Shown here: piece after piece, positions 54,838 through 64,000 of the stretch
How positions within the stretch are numbered: position 1 is the stretch's first letter
Layout of the letters: each line of letters opens with the position of its first letter
Assembly (NCBI GenBank): GCA_964353135.1
Contig: CAYGTV010000001.1
Location: forward strand, 18,696 to 82,695
DNA: 64,000 nucleotides
Reading direction: 5' to 3'
DNA from: an uncultured Candidatus Saccharibacteria bacterium
Lineage (GTDB): Bacteria > Patescibacteriota > Minisyncoccia > Phycocordibacterales > UBA918
Translations under genes and position numbers: made by a program
The notes under the pieces: model-generated
Seen by the model: only the letters and a program-made list of their open reading frames with translations
What the model was told of the DNA's origin: nothing
The model's database searches: none

Positions 54838-57800
54838 ATGGAACAACGAGAAGAAATGTCTGTAGGACACATGCCCCAAAAGCGATTTGAGAAAGCGCAC
54901 GCTCCTCGAATCCCGCTGCCAGACCTCATTGAACCACAACGTGAATCATTCACGTGGTTTGTAGAAACTGCCCTCAAGGAAATTTTCAAAGAATTTTCTC
55001 CAATTGCAGACTACTCTGAAAAGAAATTTGAATTGGCCTTTAAAAAGTATGAATTGGGTGAGCCAAAATACACACCAGATTTTGCCAAAGCCAACAAGCG
55101 AACCTACGAAGCACCACTACGTGCGACAGTAGTTTTGAAAAACAAAACGTTTGAATCAGAGAAAGAACAAGAAATCTTTATGGCGGATGTGCCAGTGATG
55201 ACAAACAACGGTACGTTTATCATCAACGGTGTAGAGCGTGTAATCGTGCCGCAACTCGCGCGATCATACGGTATCTTTTTCACCGCCGCTGACGTCAAAG
55301 GAAAAACTATGTTTGGTGCGAAGATCATCCCGGCTCGTGGAGCCTGGGTTGAAATCGAATCAGAAGCTGGTGGTATCATTGTTGTTAAAATCGACCGTAA
55401 GAAGAAGTTCCCAATCACTTCACTTTTGCGAGTCCTTGGTGTCGAAAAAGATGCTGACATGATCAAACTCGTAAAAGGGGTTGATCGTGGGGAGGAATAC
55501 ATCAAAGCAACTCTAGAGAAAGATCCCGCAAAAACCACTGACGATGCGTACATCGAAATCTATAAACGATTACGTGACGGTGACCTTGCAACTGTAGACA
55601 ACGCGCGAGAGTTCGTAAAATCTATTTTTGCACCAGAGCGATACGACCTGTCTGAAATCGGACGGCATCACTTTAACGAACGAAACGGCCTGCCAACTGA
55701 TGCAAAAGCAACTGCACAGCGAACCGTGTCTATCGATGACATGCGACTGATCCTCGAGCACATCATCAAGTCAAACCACGACATTAATGCGACACCAGAC
55801 GATATCGACCACCTCGGGTTCCGTCGAGTGCGGTACTTTGGAGAAATGTTGCAACAGCGGGTACGAGTTGGTATGACTCGAATGAAGCGAAACATTCAGG
55901 ACCGAATGTCGACTATCGAGGCAGAAACATCACTCCCGATGCAAATCGTAAACCCGCGCCCACTGCAGGCTGCAATCAAGGAATTCTACACAACTAACCA
56001 GTTGTCACAATTCTCACAACAGCAAAACATTTTGGCTGAAGTTGAACATTTGCGGACACTATCAGCGCTTGGACCTGGTGGACTAACTCGGGAACGAGCT
56101 GGGTTTGAAGTGCGTGACGTTCACCCGTCTCACTACGGACGATTGTGTCCAATCCATACTCCAGAAGGGCCAAACATTGGTCTGATTTTGCGACTCTCAA
56201 TGTACTCTCGAGTGAACCGATTTGGGATCATTGAAACGCCGTACATGAAAGTGGTCAAAGGAAAACTGACTGACGAAGTTACCTACATGAACGCTCACGA
56301 AGAAGAGCACTACACAATTGCACACTCAGCAATCGAGGTAGACGATAAAGGAAAAATCAAACCTGACTTTGTTGAAGCTCGAACAAAAGGCGAGCCGCGC
56401 TTAGTTGCGCGAGACGAGGTGCAGTACATCGACATTGCAACCAACCAGCCATTCTCAGTAGCAACATCAATGATTCCGTTTTTGAACCATGACGACGCGA
56501 ACCGTACGTTGATGGGATCAAACATGCAGAAGCAGTCGACACCGTGTATCATTCAAGAAGCACCGATTGTGGCGACTGGAGTAGAGGGAATGTCAGCGCG
56601 TGACGTTGGACGAGTTATCTACGCACATGACGCAGGGGAAGTGGTTGAGGCAGATGCGCAACAAGTAGTTATTAAAGAAAAGAACGGCAAAACTCGAGCG
56701 TATCCACTCTCACAACTACAGCGAACCAACGACTTTTCAGCCTTTCAACATCGACCGGCAGTGTCAGTGGGCACAAAAGTAAAACGAGGCGACCTACTTG
56801 CAGATACAACTTCAACTGACAACGGTCAGATTGCGGTTGGGCAAAACGCGATGGTGGCATTTATGTCATGGAACGGAGCAAACTACGAGGATGCGATCAT
56901 CATTTCTGAGCGATTGGTGAAAAAGAGTAAGTTCTCTTCAATCCACCTCGACGAACTCGAAGTAGCGGTGCGAGATACAAAATTAGGGCCAGAAGTCACA
57001 ACTCCTGACATTCCTAATGTGTCAGAACTGAAACTACGAAACCTGGACGAAACTGGAGTAATTCGAGTTGGAGCAGAGGTGCGACCAGGTGATATTCTGG
57101 TTGGAAAGGTAACTCCAAAGGGAGAAACCCAGCTAACTCCAGAAGAACGATTGCTACGATCGATCTTTGGTGAAAAAGCCAAAGACGTGAAAGACACATC
57201 TTTGCGGCTTGAAGCAGGGAAGCGTGGTCGCGTAATCGGAGTAAAGATCTTTACTCGGGAAAACGGAGACAACCTCGAAAGTGGTGTGATCAAAAAAATT
57301 CTCATTACTGTGGCTCAGGTACGAAACGTATCAGTTGGTGACAAGCTAGCTGGACGTCACGGTAACAAGGGTGTTATCTCTCGAATTCTGCCAGAAGAAG
57401 ATATGCCATACACAGCTGACGGAACTCCGGTCGACGTCCTGCTGACACCACTTGGAGTACCATCACGTATGAACCTCGGACAGATTCTAGAGCTTCACCT
57501 AGGGATGGCTGCAAATACGCTTGGATACCAGGCGATCGTGCCACCGTTTGCTGGAGCAGACGAGAACGATATTAAGGCCGAATTGAAAGCTGCAGGTCTA
57601 CCAGAAGACGGCAAGATCCAGCTACGAGACGGTCTAACTGGAGAAGAATTTGCCGAACGAACAGCGGTTGGATTCATGTATATCCTCAAACTTCACCACA
57701 TGGTAGAAGACAAGATCCACATGCGATCTATCGGACCATACTCTCTTATCACACAGCAGCCACTGGGAGGAAAGGCTCAGATCGGTGGACAGCGGTTTGG

Positions 57801-58056
57801 AGAAATGGAAGTGTGGGCACTCCTGGGATATGGAGCAGCCTATACACTACGAGAAATGCTCACTATCAAATCTGACGATATCATCGGGCGATCAGCGGCA
57901 TTTGACGCTATTGTGCGAGGAGAGAAGATCAGTCACCCCCATACACCAGCCGCGTTTAACGTTCTGTTGAACCAGCTGCGAGGATTGGCGCTTGATGTGA
58001 GACTAGAAAAAGATGAACGACCACGACGAAATTACCAGGAAGCTGAATCAGCTTAA
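54838..58056 (+). CDS. rpoB: RNA polymerase beta subunit
   Basis: GTFIINGVERV, GPGGLTRERAGFEVRDVH.SHYGR, GDKLAGRHGNKG, GGQRFGEMEVWAL. Confidence 0.99.
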   Translation: MEQREEMSVGHMPQKRFEKAHAPRIPLPDLIEPQRESFTWFVETALKEIFKEFSPIADYSEKKFELAFKKYELGEPKYTPDFAKANKRTYEAPLRATVVLKNKTFESEKEQEIFMADVPVMTNNGTFIINGVERVIVPQLARSYGIFFTAADVKGKTMFGAKIIPARGAWVEIESEAGGIIVVKIDRKKKFPITSLLRVLGVEKDADMIKLVKGVDRGEEYIKATLEKDPAKTTDDAYIEIYKRLRDGDLATVDNAREFVKSIFAPERYDLSEIGRHHFNERNGLPTDAKATAQRTVSIDDMRLILEHIIKSNHDINATPDDIDHLGFRRVRYFGEMLQQRVRVGMTRMKRNIQDRMSTIEAETSLPMQIVNPRPLQAAIKEFYTTNQLSQFSQQQNILAEVEHLRTLSALGPGGLTRERAGFEVRDVHPSHYGRLCPIHTPEGPNIGLILRLSMYSRVNRFGIIETPYMKVVKGKLTDEVTYMNAHEEEHYTIAHSAIEVDDKGKIKPDFVEARTKGEPRLVARDEVQYIDIATNQPFSVATSMIPFLNHDDANRTLMGSNMQKQSTPCIIQEAPIVATGVEGMSARDVGRVIYAHDAGEVVEADAQQVVIKEKNGKTRAYPLSQLQRTNDFSAFQHRPAVSVGTKVKRGDLLADTTSTDNGQIAVGQNAMVAFMSWNGANYEDAIIISERLVKKSKFSSIHLDELEVAVRDTKLGPEVTTPDIPNVSELKLRNLDETGVIRVGAEVRPGDILVGKVTPKGETQLTPEERLLRSIFGEKAKDVKDTSLRLEAGKRGRVIGVKIFTRENGDNLESGVIKKILITVAQVRNVSVGDKLAGRHGNKGVISRILPEEDMPYTADGTPVDVLLTPLGVPSRMNLGQILELHLGMAANTLGYQAIVPPFAGADENDIKAELKAAGLPEDGKIQLRDGLTGEEFAERTAVGFMYILKLHHMVEDKIHMRSIGPYSLITQQPLGGKAQIGGQRFGEMEVWALLGYGAAYTLREMLTIKSDDIIGRSAAFDAIVRGEKISHPHTPAAFNVLLNQLRGLALDVRLEKDERPRRNYQEAESA

Positions 58057-58067
58057 TTAGTTTGCTT

Positions 58068-61000
58068 ATGTCTGAAGAATCAACATTCAAAAAAACTGAG
58101 TTCAAGAAGCCGCCGATGATCCCAACAAACTACACCAGTGTTGGACTAAAATTAGCTGATCCAGAGACTATCCTAGAGTGGTCATGGGGAGAAGTTACCA
58201 AACCAGAAACTATCAACTATCGAACCCAACGTCCTGAAAAGCACGGTTTGTTTGATGAACGAATTTTTGGTCCTGTAGAAGACTACGAATGTAGTTGTAA
58301 AAAGTACCGAGGAATCCGTTACAAAGGAATCATTTGTGAAAAATGTGGAGTTGAAATCACTCGAGCAATCGTACGACGTGATCGAATGGGACACATTGAT
58401 CTGTGTGTACCAGTATCACACATCTGGTTCCTGCGTGGAGTTCCTTCACGAATTGCTATGATCCTTGGGATTACTGCATCATCAGTAGAAAAGGTAATTT
58501 ATTTTGCCGGCTACATCATCACAAAAGTAAGTGAGGCTGACCGAGCGCGTATTTTATCTGAACTAGACACCGAATTTAAAACCAAGCTGAAAGCGCTACA
58601 AAACGAAGAAGCACGTGAAGCCCTCAAAGTGCGGGCAGACGAGACTGCAAAGGAGATTAAATCAATCCAGCAGGGAACTGTTTTGGATGAAGCAACATTC
58701 CATAAATTCTCAATCAAGTACTCGACTTTGTTTGAAGCACGAATTGGTGCCGAAGCAATTTACGATCTGTTTAAAGAAATCGATCTAACCGTATTGGTAC
58801 AAGAACTAGAAGAGCGATACACCAAGGCTGGAGCAATGGAACGACTAAAAATCGACAAGCGGCTAACCTTGATCCGAGGGATGCTGCACGCGGGCGTTCG
58901 ACCAGAGTGGCTGTTCCTAACCCGACTCCCGGTGGTACCACCAGCGATTCGACCGATGGTTGCACTGGAAGGTGGGCGACATGCGTCATCTGACCTCAAC
59001 GATCTCTACCGTCGAGTAATCAACCGAAACAACCGTTTGAAAAAGCTGATCGACATCATGGCACCTGACGTGATCCTACGAAACGAAAAACGAATCATGC
59101 AGGAGGCTGTCGATGCATTGATCGACAACTCTATCCGACATGGTGGCGGTGCGTACTCAGCCATGAGTCAGGCACAACGCCGACCACTCAAGTCACTATC
59201 TGACTACCTAAAAAGTAAGCAAGGATACTTCCGACAGAACCTGCTTGGAAAGCGAGTGGACTACTCTGGACGATCAGTGATTGTTATTGGTCCTGATCTA
59301 GCGCTTGACCAAGCTGGTCTACCAAAACACATGGCGCTGGAACTGTTTAGACCATTTGTGATTGCGCAACTACTGAAGCAAGAGTTGGCCTACAACATCC
59401 GTGGAGCAGGACGTCTGATCGAAGACGGAGTGCCAGAAGTGTGGGCAATCCTTGAGGACATCATCAAGCATAAATATGTGATGCTTAACCGTGCACCGAC
59501 CCTTCACCGTCAGGGTATCCAGGCGTTCCGTCCGGTTCTTATTGAAGGTAATGCGATCCAAGTTCATCCACTCGTGTGTAAGGCTTTTAACGCCGACTTC
59601 GACGGAGACCAGATGGCGGTCCACGTGCCACTGTCTGACGAGGCGCAGTTGGAGGCAAAGATGATCATCTCTGCCAACAACAACATCCTCAAGCCAGGGT
59701 CTAGTGAACCAGTTGTATCAGAAGGACTCATGGACATCGCCCTTGGAGCGTTTTGGATGACGCGAATGGTTGATGGGGCAAAGGGAGAAGGTAAAGCCTT
59801 TTCTTCACCAAACGACGCCATCAACGCGTACGACTATGACGTTATTGATCTGCGAGCCAAAGTAAAAGTGCTAGCTACCGATACACCTAAATATGCCCAG
59901 TACGAAGGAGGCATCTTTGAAACAACCGTTGGTCGGCTATTGTTCAACGCAGTACTACCAAGTGACCATGATTTTGTAAATGAACAATTAGGTCAACGTG
60001 AACTATTCCAAATCATCATTGACTTGATTGATGAACAAGGAACAGAGATCGTTCCAAAAATGGTCGACAAGATCAAAAAGAACGGGTTCAAGTTCGCTAC
60101 AAAATCAGGAACTACCTGGGGAATTGACGAGGTGGTCATCCCGGCAGAAAAAGCAGCTTTGGTAGCCGAAGGACGAGAGAAAGAGCGAGAAGTGCTCGAG
60201 CACTACAACGAAGGACTTCTTTCACGAGAAGAGCGAAAACGGCAGATTACTGCAATCTGGCATGTTACCAAAGACGCCATTGAAAAGAAGATCGAAGAGC
60301 AAATGGAAGTCGATGGTTCAGCGTACACGATGTGGAAATCAGGAGCTCGAGGATCAATCCGACAGATCTCGCAGATGACTGGTATGAAGGGTCTTATTCT
60401 AAACACTCGAGGTGAAACGATTGAAGCTCCGGTTATTTCTTCTTTCAAAGAAGGTCTTTCACCGATGGAGTACTTCAACACGACTCACGGTTCACGAAAA
60501 GGTCTTGCTGACACTGCACTCCAGACTGCAAAGGCTGGGTACCTAACCCGACGACTCTTCGTGGTAGCGCAAGATGCGATTGTGACTGAGGCTAACTGTA
60601 AAACGAAAGCGGGAACACTGATCAGTCGAATTTCAGCTTCTGGAATCGAGATTGCATTCAGTAAAGCGATCAAGGGACGAATCCTAGCAGCAGACGCAGT
60701 CGATTCAAAAGGAAATGTGATCTTTAAAAAGGGTCACCTGATGACAAGGCGGGATGCTATCGCAGTTGAAGAAACAACCTGTGAATCAGTAGAGGTGCGA
60801 TCACCAATGACCTGTGCGACACTCCGAGGAGTGTGTCAGCAGTGTTATGGAACTGACCTCACAAAGAATGAGCTGGTAGACATCGGAGAAGCCGTTGGAA
60901 CAATTGCCGCTCAAGCGATTGGTGAGCCAGGAACGCAGCTAACGATGAACACCAAGCACAAGGCTGGTACAGCAACTGCTGAAGGTGACGTAGCACAGGG

Positions 61001-61754
61001 TCTTCCTCGAGTAGAAGAAGTGTTCGAAAAACGACAGCCAAAGATTCCAGCGGTTATCGCCAAGTACAACGGTCTCGTTACAGAAATTCGAACCGAAGGA
61101 CGAGAGCGGACAATTGTGGTTGCGCCTGACATGACTGCAGAAAAAGCTCCATCTAAAAAGGATTCGACTGAATACACTGTTGACTATCGTCGACAGGAGA
61201 CAGTATCAAAGGGTGATACGGTCAAACGAGGTCAGCTACTAACAGACGGTTCAGCTCTACTGCCGGAACTCTTCAAGTTCGCTGGACAAGAAGCAACTCA
61301 GGACTACATCATTTCTGAAGTGAACAAGATTTACGAACTGCAAGGTGTGACAATCTCACGAAAGCACATCGAGCTGATCGTAAAACAAATGATGTCACGA
61401 AAGAAAATCACGCACCGAGGTGACTCACGATTTACTCCAGGAGAAGTGGTGGAAGAGTGGGTAATCGAGGAAGAAAACACCAAACTAAAAGCAGAAGGAA
61501 AGGATATTGCTAAAGGTGAGCGACTCATTATGGGTATCACTGAAACATCACTATCACGAAAATCATTCCTTTCTGCAGCGTCATTCCAAAATACCACCCG
61601 AGTGCTTATCAACGCAGCCGTTCGCGGAAGTGAAGATAACCTCGCCGGTTTGATGGAAAACGTGATCATCGGAAAACTAATCCCAGCCGGATCAGGATTC
61701 AAAGGGTCAAAGAAATACGACATGATCAAAGAGCTACAAGCGAATCAGGACTAA
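58068..61754 (+). CDS. rpoC: RNA polymerase beta' subunit
   Basis: KPETINYRT, Zn ribbon, [34 protein letters not shown]. Confidence 0.99.
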   Translation: MSEESTFKKTEFKKPPMIPTNYTSVGLKLADPETILEWSWGEVTKPETINYRTQRPEKHGLFDERIFGPVEDYECSCKKYRGIRYKGIICEKCGVEITRAIVRRDRMGHIDLCVPVSHIWFLRGVPSRIAMILGITASSVEKVIYFAGYIITKVSEADRARILSELDTEFKTKLKALQNEEAREALKVRADETAKEIKSIQQGTVLDEATFHKFSIKYSTLFEARIGAEAIYDLFKEIDLTVLVQELEERYTKAGAMERLKIDKRLTLIRGMLHAGVRPEWLFLTRLPVVPPAIRPMVALEGGRHASSDLNDLYRRVINRNNRLKKLIDIMAPDVILRNEKRIMQEAVDALIDNSIRHGGGAYSAMSQAQRRPLKSLSDYLKSKQGYFRQNLLGKRVDYSGRSVIVIGPDLALDQAGLPKHMALELFRPFVIAQLLKQELAYNIRGAGRLIEDGVPEVWAILEDIIKHKYVMLNRAPTLHRQGIQAFRPVLIEGNAIQVHPLVCKAFNADFDGDQMAVHVPLSDEAQLEAKMIISANNNILKPGSSEPVVSEGLMDIALGAFWMTRMVDGAKGEGKAFSSPNDAINAYDYDVIDLRAKVKVLATDTPKYAQYEGGIFETTVGRLLFNAVLPSDHDFVNEQLGQRELFQIIIDLIDEQGTEIVPKMVDKIKKNGFKFATKSGTTWGIDEVVIPAEKAALVAEGREKEREVLEHYNEGLLSREERKRQITAIWHVTKDAIEKKIEEQMEVDGSAYTMWKSGARGSIRQISQMTGMKGLILNTRGETIEAPVISSFKEGLSPMEYFNTTHGSRKGLADTALQTAKAGYLTRRLFVVAQDAIVTEANCKTKAGTLISRISASGIEIAFSKAIKGRILAADAVDSKGNVIFKKGHLMTRRDAIAVEETTCESVEVRSPMTCATLRGVCQQCYGTDLTKNELVDIGEAVGTIAAQAIGEPGTQLTMNTKHKAGTATAEGDVAQGLPRVEEVFEKRQPKIPAVIAKYNGLVTEIRTEGRERTIVVAPDMTAEKAPSKKDSTEYTVDYRRQETVSKGDTVKRGQLLTDGSALLPELFKFAGQEATQDYIISEVNKIYELQGVTISRKHIELIVKQMMSRKKITHRGDSRFTPGEVVEEWVIEEENTKLKAEGKDIAKGERLIMGITETSLSRKSFLSAASFQNTTRVLINAAVRGSEDNLAGLMENVIIGKLIPAGSGFKGSKKYDMIKELQANQD

Positions 61755-61763
61755 TACCACCTA

Positions 61764-61840
61764 CTTCGTTATGCTACGCAAAAAGCCGCTCACTGGGCAT
61801 TCGCCCCATTCGCGGCTTTTTGCTTGCCCTCCTTACAGGA
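61764..61840. repeat. Palindromic element after rpoC, close relative of the gyrB element
   Basis: AAAAAGCCGCTCACTGGGCATTCGCCCCATTCGCGGCTTTTTGC.TGCCC. Confidence 0.85.
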
Positions 61841-62058
61841 GCTGTACATCTTTTGGCTTTTTTGTTCGCAAGCTCCAAAATATCTCAAAAGGTCTTGCGA
61901 AAGTCTCCCAGACTTTCTCACCTCGTATCTGACATCATCCTGATTCACTTGTTTCCAGGAGCTTATTTAGATAAAACACCCTGGCAGCTATTTTGGATAC
62001 GCTGCAGCGATAATGCTCTGAGCGAGGACTCGGATTCAAATAGCCGCCAGAGTGTGCG

Positions 62059-63159
62059 CTACAGGCTCGCTTTTACACTCATCACTCGGTTATACGCCTC
62101 AAATACTCGTTCGCGTGATAACTCGCCAGTCTCTACCGCCTTGATTACAGCAGCTACTGTGCTGCTGGCATTTTCTGGCTCGGCTGCGAGCATGATCATG
62201 TCTGCACCGGCTTGGAGCGCCAGGACAGCCGCTTCCTCATAGCTCCAGCGGTCACTGATGGCTTGCATGGCAAGGTCGTCTGTAATGATGATTCCATCGT
62301 AACCGATGCGATCGCGTAGGTCAGTCAGAACAATTGGTGACACAGTAGCAGGGAAGTCAGGGTCGAGTGCTGGTACCAAAACATGAGCCGTCATCAGCAT
62401 TTTTGTGTCACCTAGTGCGATTAGGTCAGTAAACTGTTGGGTATGCAAAATGTATTCCTTGGTTGTCATATCAAGACGAGGAAGGGCGAGGTGTGAATCA
62501 TCGCTGGTGTCAGGGTGACCAGGAAAGTGTTTAGGGACGGCGACCACACCATTTTCCAGATAACCGCGTACCATCGCATCTGCTAGCGGTGCAATCATCT
62601 CAGGGTCTCGAAAGACTCGTGGATACATAAAAGAATCAGACGACACGCTACTATCCAATACCGGCGCATAGTTAGCATTGATACCGAGCATTTGTAGAGC
62701 AGTTGCTCGCTCACTTGCTACATCATACGCTGTAGCTTTGTCGGTAATGCTTCGCTGAGCTGTCTGAATGTGGGCACTGCCACGCAATCTCGATACCACC
62801 CCACCTTCCTGATCAATACTGATGAGCAATGGAGTTTCTGCTGTAGCTTGCCAGTTCCTGGTCCAGTCAGCTACTACTGATTCACTCCCAGGCGCTGACA
62901 TAATAATCACACTCCCTAGCTGCAAATCGCGCACCCGGGCTGCAGTAGTGCTCGCTTCCATGTTTGCCCAGTGTCCAACTGCAAATAATTGTCCCACCTG
63001 GGTTTCTAGTGGAATGGATTCATATTCAGGGGCAACAGCCTGTTGAACAAGCTCTGGAATCAGATTGTGGTGTTCTGTCTCAAAATTAAAATAAAGCAAT
63101 ATTCCGAGGGTTCCGATGAATAGAGCAATGATAGCGAGGATTTTTGTAAACATGTCCAT
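62059..63159 (-). CDS. Membrane-anchored glycoside hydrolase family 3 (NagZ-like beta-N-acetylglucosaminidase)
   Basis: N-terminal TM; ISIDQEGG.VSR, APVLD, KHFPGH..T..DSH, MTAH, ITDDL.M, AGADM. Confidence 0.9.
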   Translation of the reverse strand: MDMFTKILAIIALFIGTLGILLYFNFETEHHNLIPELVQQAVAPEYESIPLETQVGQLFAVGHWANMEASTTAARVRDLQLGSVIIMSAPGSESVVADWTRNWQATAETPLLISIDQEGGVVSRLRGSAHIQTAQRSITDKATAYDVASERATALQMLGINANYAPVLDSSVSSDSFMYPRVFRDPEMIAPLADAMVRGYLENGVVAVPKHFPGHPDTSDDSHLALPRLDMTTKEYILHTQQFTDLIALGDTKMLMTAHVLVPALDPDFPATVSPIVLTDLRDRIGYDGIIITDDLAMQAISDRWSYEEAAVLALQAGADMIMLAAEPENASSTVAAVIKAVETGELSRERVFEAYNRVMSVKASL

Positions 63160-63341
63160 GTAATTGTATCAAAAATACCACCCGTGGGTGGCAGTGACAC
63201 ATTCTCTATGCGTCAAGGATGAGCGTCAGACTAAACTTACAAACCTGACGTGTGAGTTGTTGAATTGATTCAATTCTACCCTAATCATACCTAAAGCTGG
63301 CTTTCGCATCAAACTGAATATTCGCGTATACTGTTATCAAT

Positions 63342-64000
63342 ATGTCAGACGCGGTTCAGCAAATCAAAGATAAACTCAGTATTGTCGACATTATCTCACC
63401 GTATGTCGAGTTGCATAAAGCGGGGAAAAACTACAAAGGCCGCTCGCCATTTTCAGCCGAAAAAACTCCATCTTTTTATGTTTCTCCAGACCGAGGGATG
63501 TACTACTGTTTCTCTACCTCTCAGGGTGGCGACATGTTTAACTTTGTCCAGGTTATGGAAGGAGTTGATTTTCGTGAGGCGCTCAAAATTCTAGCTGACA
63601 AAGCTGGGGTGGAGCTAGTGAAAGAAGATCCAAAGAAACGAACTGAGCGTGATCACTGGTATGCAGCGCTAGATGAAGCAACCACGTTTTACCAAGCTGA
63701 GCTAGAAAAAGAACCAGAAGCATATGAGTACCTCAAAAATCGTGGGGTCACTGCGCAGACGGTTGCAGCATGGAGAATCGGCTACGCACCAGGTCCACCA
63801 AAAGGTGGTTGGCGTGAAGTGAAAGAAGCCCTGGAGCCAAAAGGGTACACGTCAGAAGAATTGCTTACCGTTGGTCTCGTTAAAAAAACTGAAGGTGGAA
63901 AAGAACCGTTTGATGTATTCCGTGATCGGATCGTATTCCCGATGGCTGACAGTAGTGGAAAAGTGGTGGCGTTTTCTGGACGGATTTTGCACCCAAATGA
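63342..64000 (+). CDS. dnaG: DNA primase (3' truncated by window end)
   Basis: MSDAVQQIKDKLSIVDII..YV.L.KAG.NYKG..PF..EKTPSF; YLKNRG; IGYAP; DVFRDRIVFP; VVAFSGR. Confidence 0.96.
   Translation, partial: MSDAVQQIKDKLSIVDIISPYVELHKAGKNYKGRSPFSAEKTPSFYVSPDRGMYYCFSTSQGGDMFNFVQVMEGVDFREALKILADKAGVELVKEDPKKRTERDHWYAALDEATTFYQAELEKEPEAYEYLKNRGVTAQTVAAWRIGYAPGPPKGGWREVKEALEPKGYTSEELLTVGLVKKTEGGKEPFDVFRDRIVFPMADSSGKVVAFSGRILHPN

Noticed and set aside
61820-62242. 140-aa ORF after rpoC
   Set aside because: Starts inside a palindromic repeat and overlaps the GH3 gene antisense
967-63594. Numerous 60-190 aa ORFs antisense or out of frame within recognised genes
   Set aside because: Shadow ORFs of well-supported genes with no independent motifs or expression signals
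1-64000. CRISPR array, cas genes, reverse transcriptase/DGR, integrase, transposase, prophage
   Set aside because: No regularly spaced direct repeats, no adenine-specific TR/VR pair noticed, and no ORF with RT, tyrosine/serine recombinase, DDE/HUH or phage structural motifs
1-64000. Alternative genetic code (UGA=Gly, as in Gracilibacteria/Absconditabacteria)
   Set aside because: Conserved genes are full length under code 11 and TGA is used as a stop (e.g. rpiB at 5364, ORFs ending 2182 and 3801)

Overview
64 kb of a reduced-genome bacterial chromosome. It is most consistent with Patescibacteria/CPR (Parcubacteria-type); this is inferred from the split transketolase, short EF-Ts/PheS/PheT/SMC, scarce Shine-Dalgarno sites and CPR-style surface proteins. 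Genetic code 11 is used. Core content: a gap-rpiB-rpe-tktN-tktC operon plus a divergent pfkB/fba pair, rplY, rpmE2, prfA, rpsB-tsf, tRNA-Thr(UGU), pheS-SDR-pheT, gyrB, thrS with a T-box leader, dnaE, rnhB, rpmF-nusB(Nudix fusion)-rnc-3 pilins-smc, rnr, rpsP-khpA-trmD, rpoBC and the start of dnaG. Accessory content: a WxL-like surface locus at the left edge, a sortase with two adjacent VP(Y/E)TG substrates, a lytic transglycosylase, a processive GT2, a membrane-anchored GH3 and several small ORFans. Most notable observations: (1) a sortase substrate whose cytoplasmic tail resembles clamp-loader lid+collar domains; (2) a dispersed family of long hairpin elements with a covarying TCAC-stem-(A/T)YTC core whose outer arms pair with the 3' ends of upstream genes; (3) a transcription-type T-box with a very small, atypical 5' domain; (4) an RNA polymerase with a TMNTKH trigger loop and a remodelled rifampicin pocket; (5) a 6S-like RNA and a second orphan transcription unit; (6) duplicated gene-end scars (pheT, tRNA). 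No CRISPR array, transposase, integrase or reverse transcriptase was seen. All family assignments are by eye from motifs; no database search was run.
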